Positions 63,801 to 64,000 of a stretch of 64,000 bases of DNA are shown one piece after another (the first letter of the stretch is position 1; each line of letters begins with the position of its first letter). Source of the stretch: Macrostomum lignano (taxonomy: Eukaryota); the NCBI GenBank assembly GCA_002269645.1, contig NIVC01000200.1, positions 372,001 to 436,000 on the forward strand. The letters are read 5' to 3'. The translations under genes and the position numbers were made by a program. The notes beneath the pieces are model-generated. The model saw only the letters and a list, made by a program, of their open reading frames with translations. It made no database searches and was not told where the DNA came from.

Positions 63801-64000
63801 GCAAGTTGAGAAGCATGGGATTAGCAAGTTGAGAAGCATGGGATTATTGTGTTGAGAAGCATGGGATTAGCAAGTTGAGAAGCATGGGATTAGCAAGTTG
63901 AGAAGCATGGGATTAGCAAGTTGAGAAGCATGGGATTATTGTGTTGAGAAGCATGGGATTAGCAAGTTGAGAAGCATGGGATTAGCAAGTTGAGAAGCAT
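60850..64000. repeat. 23-bp satellite (GAGAAGCATGGGATTAGCAAGTT)n with variant GAGAAGCATGAGATTATTGTGTT, runs off the right edge
   Basis: More than 130 highly homogeneous units. Confidence 0.97.

Overview
Eukaryotic (metazoan) genomic DNA with GT-AG introns. Seven recognisable protein-coding genes were reconstructed exon by exon with consistent splice phases: PFDN6, a RING + NHL-repeat E3 ligase, GOSR2/membrin, SRP68, CCDC33, TBC1D15/17 and a two-RRM hnRNP A/B-D-like gene. Also present are two tandem paralogous ORFs sharing an unrecognised 55-aa SERTA/IER-like motif, one intact tRNA-Thr(TGT) with a facing tRNA-Thr(AGT) relic, tRNA-derived CORE-like SINEs, a hAT-type MITE and a Mutator/Foldback-type MITE nested in a SINE. 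About 40 mini/microsatellite arrays fill 23 of the 27 coding introns. This architecture resembles what is known for the flatworm Macrostomum, but the organism is an inference. No prokaryotic features or CRISPR arrays are present. Most long ORFs in the ORF track are translations of tandem repeats. The best leads are the paralog pair, the nested MITE/SINE, repeat arrays made of RNA-processing signals (AATAAA, 5' splice sites), a 40-nt inverted copy of a TBC1D15 exon/intron junction, and hairpin-unit satellites around the tRNA pair. Repeat boundaries are approximate (about +/-15 nt).
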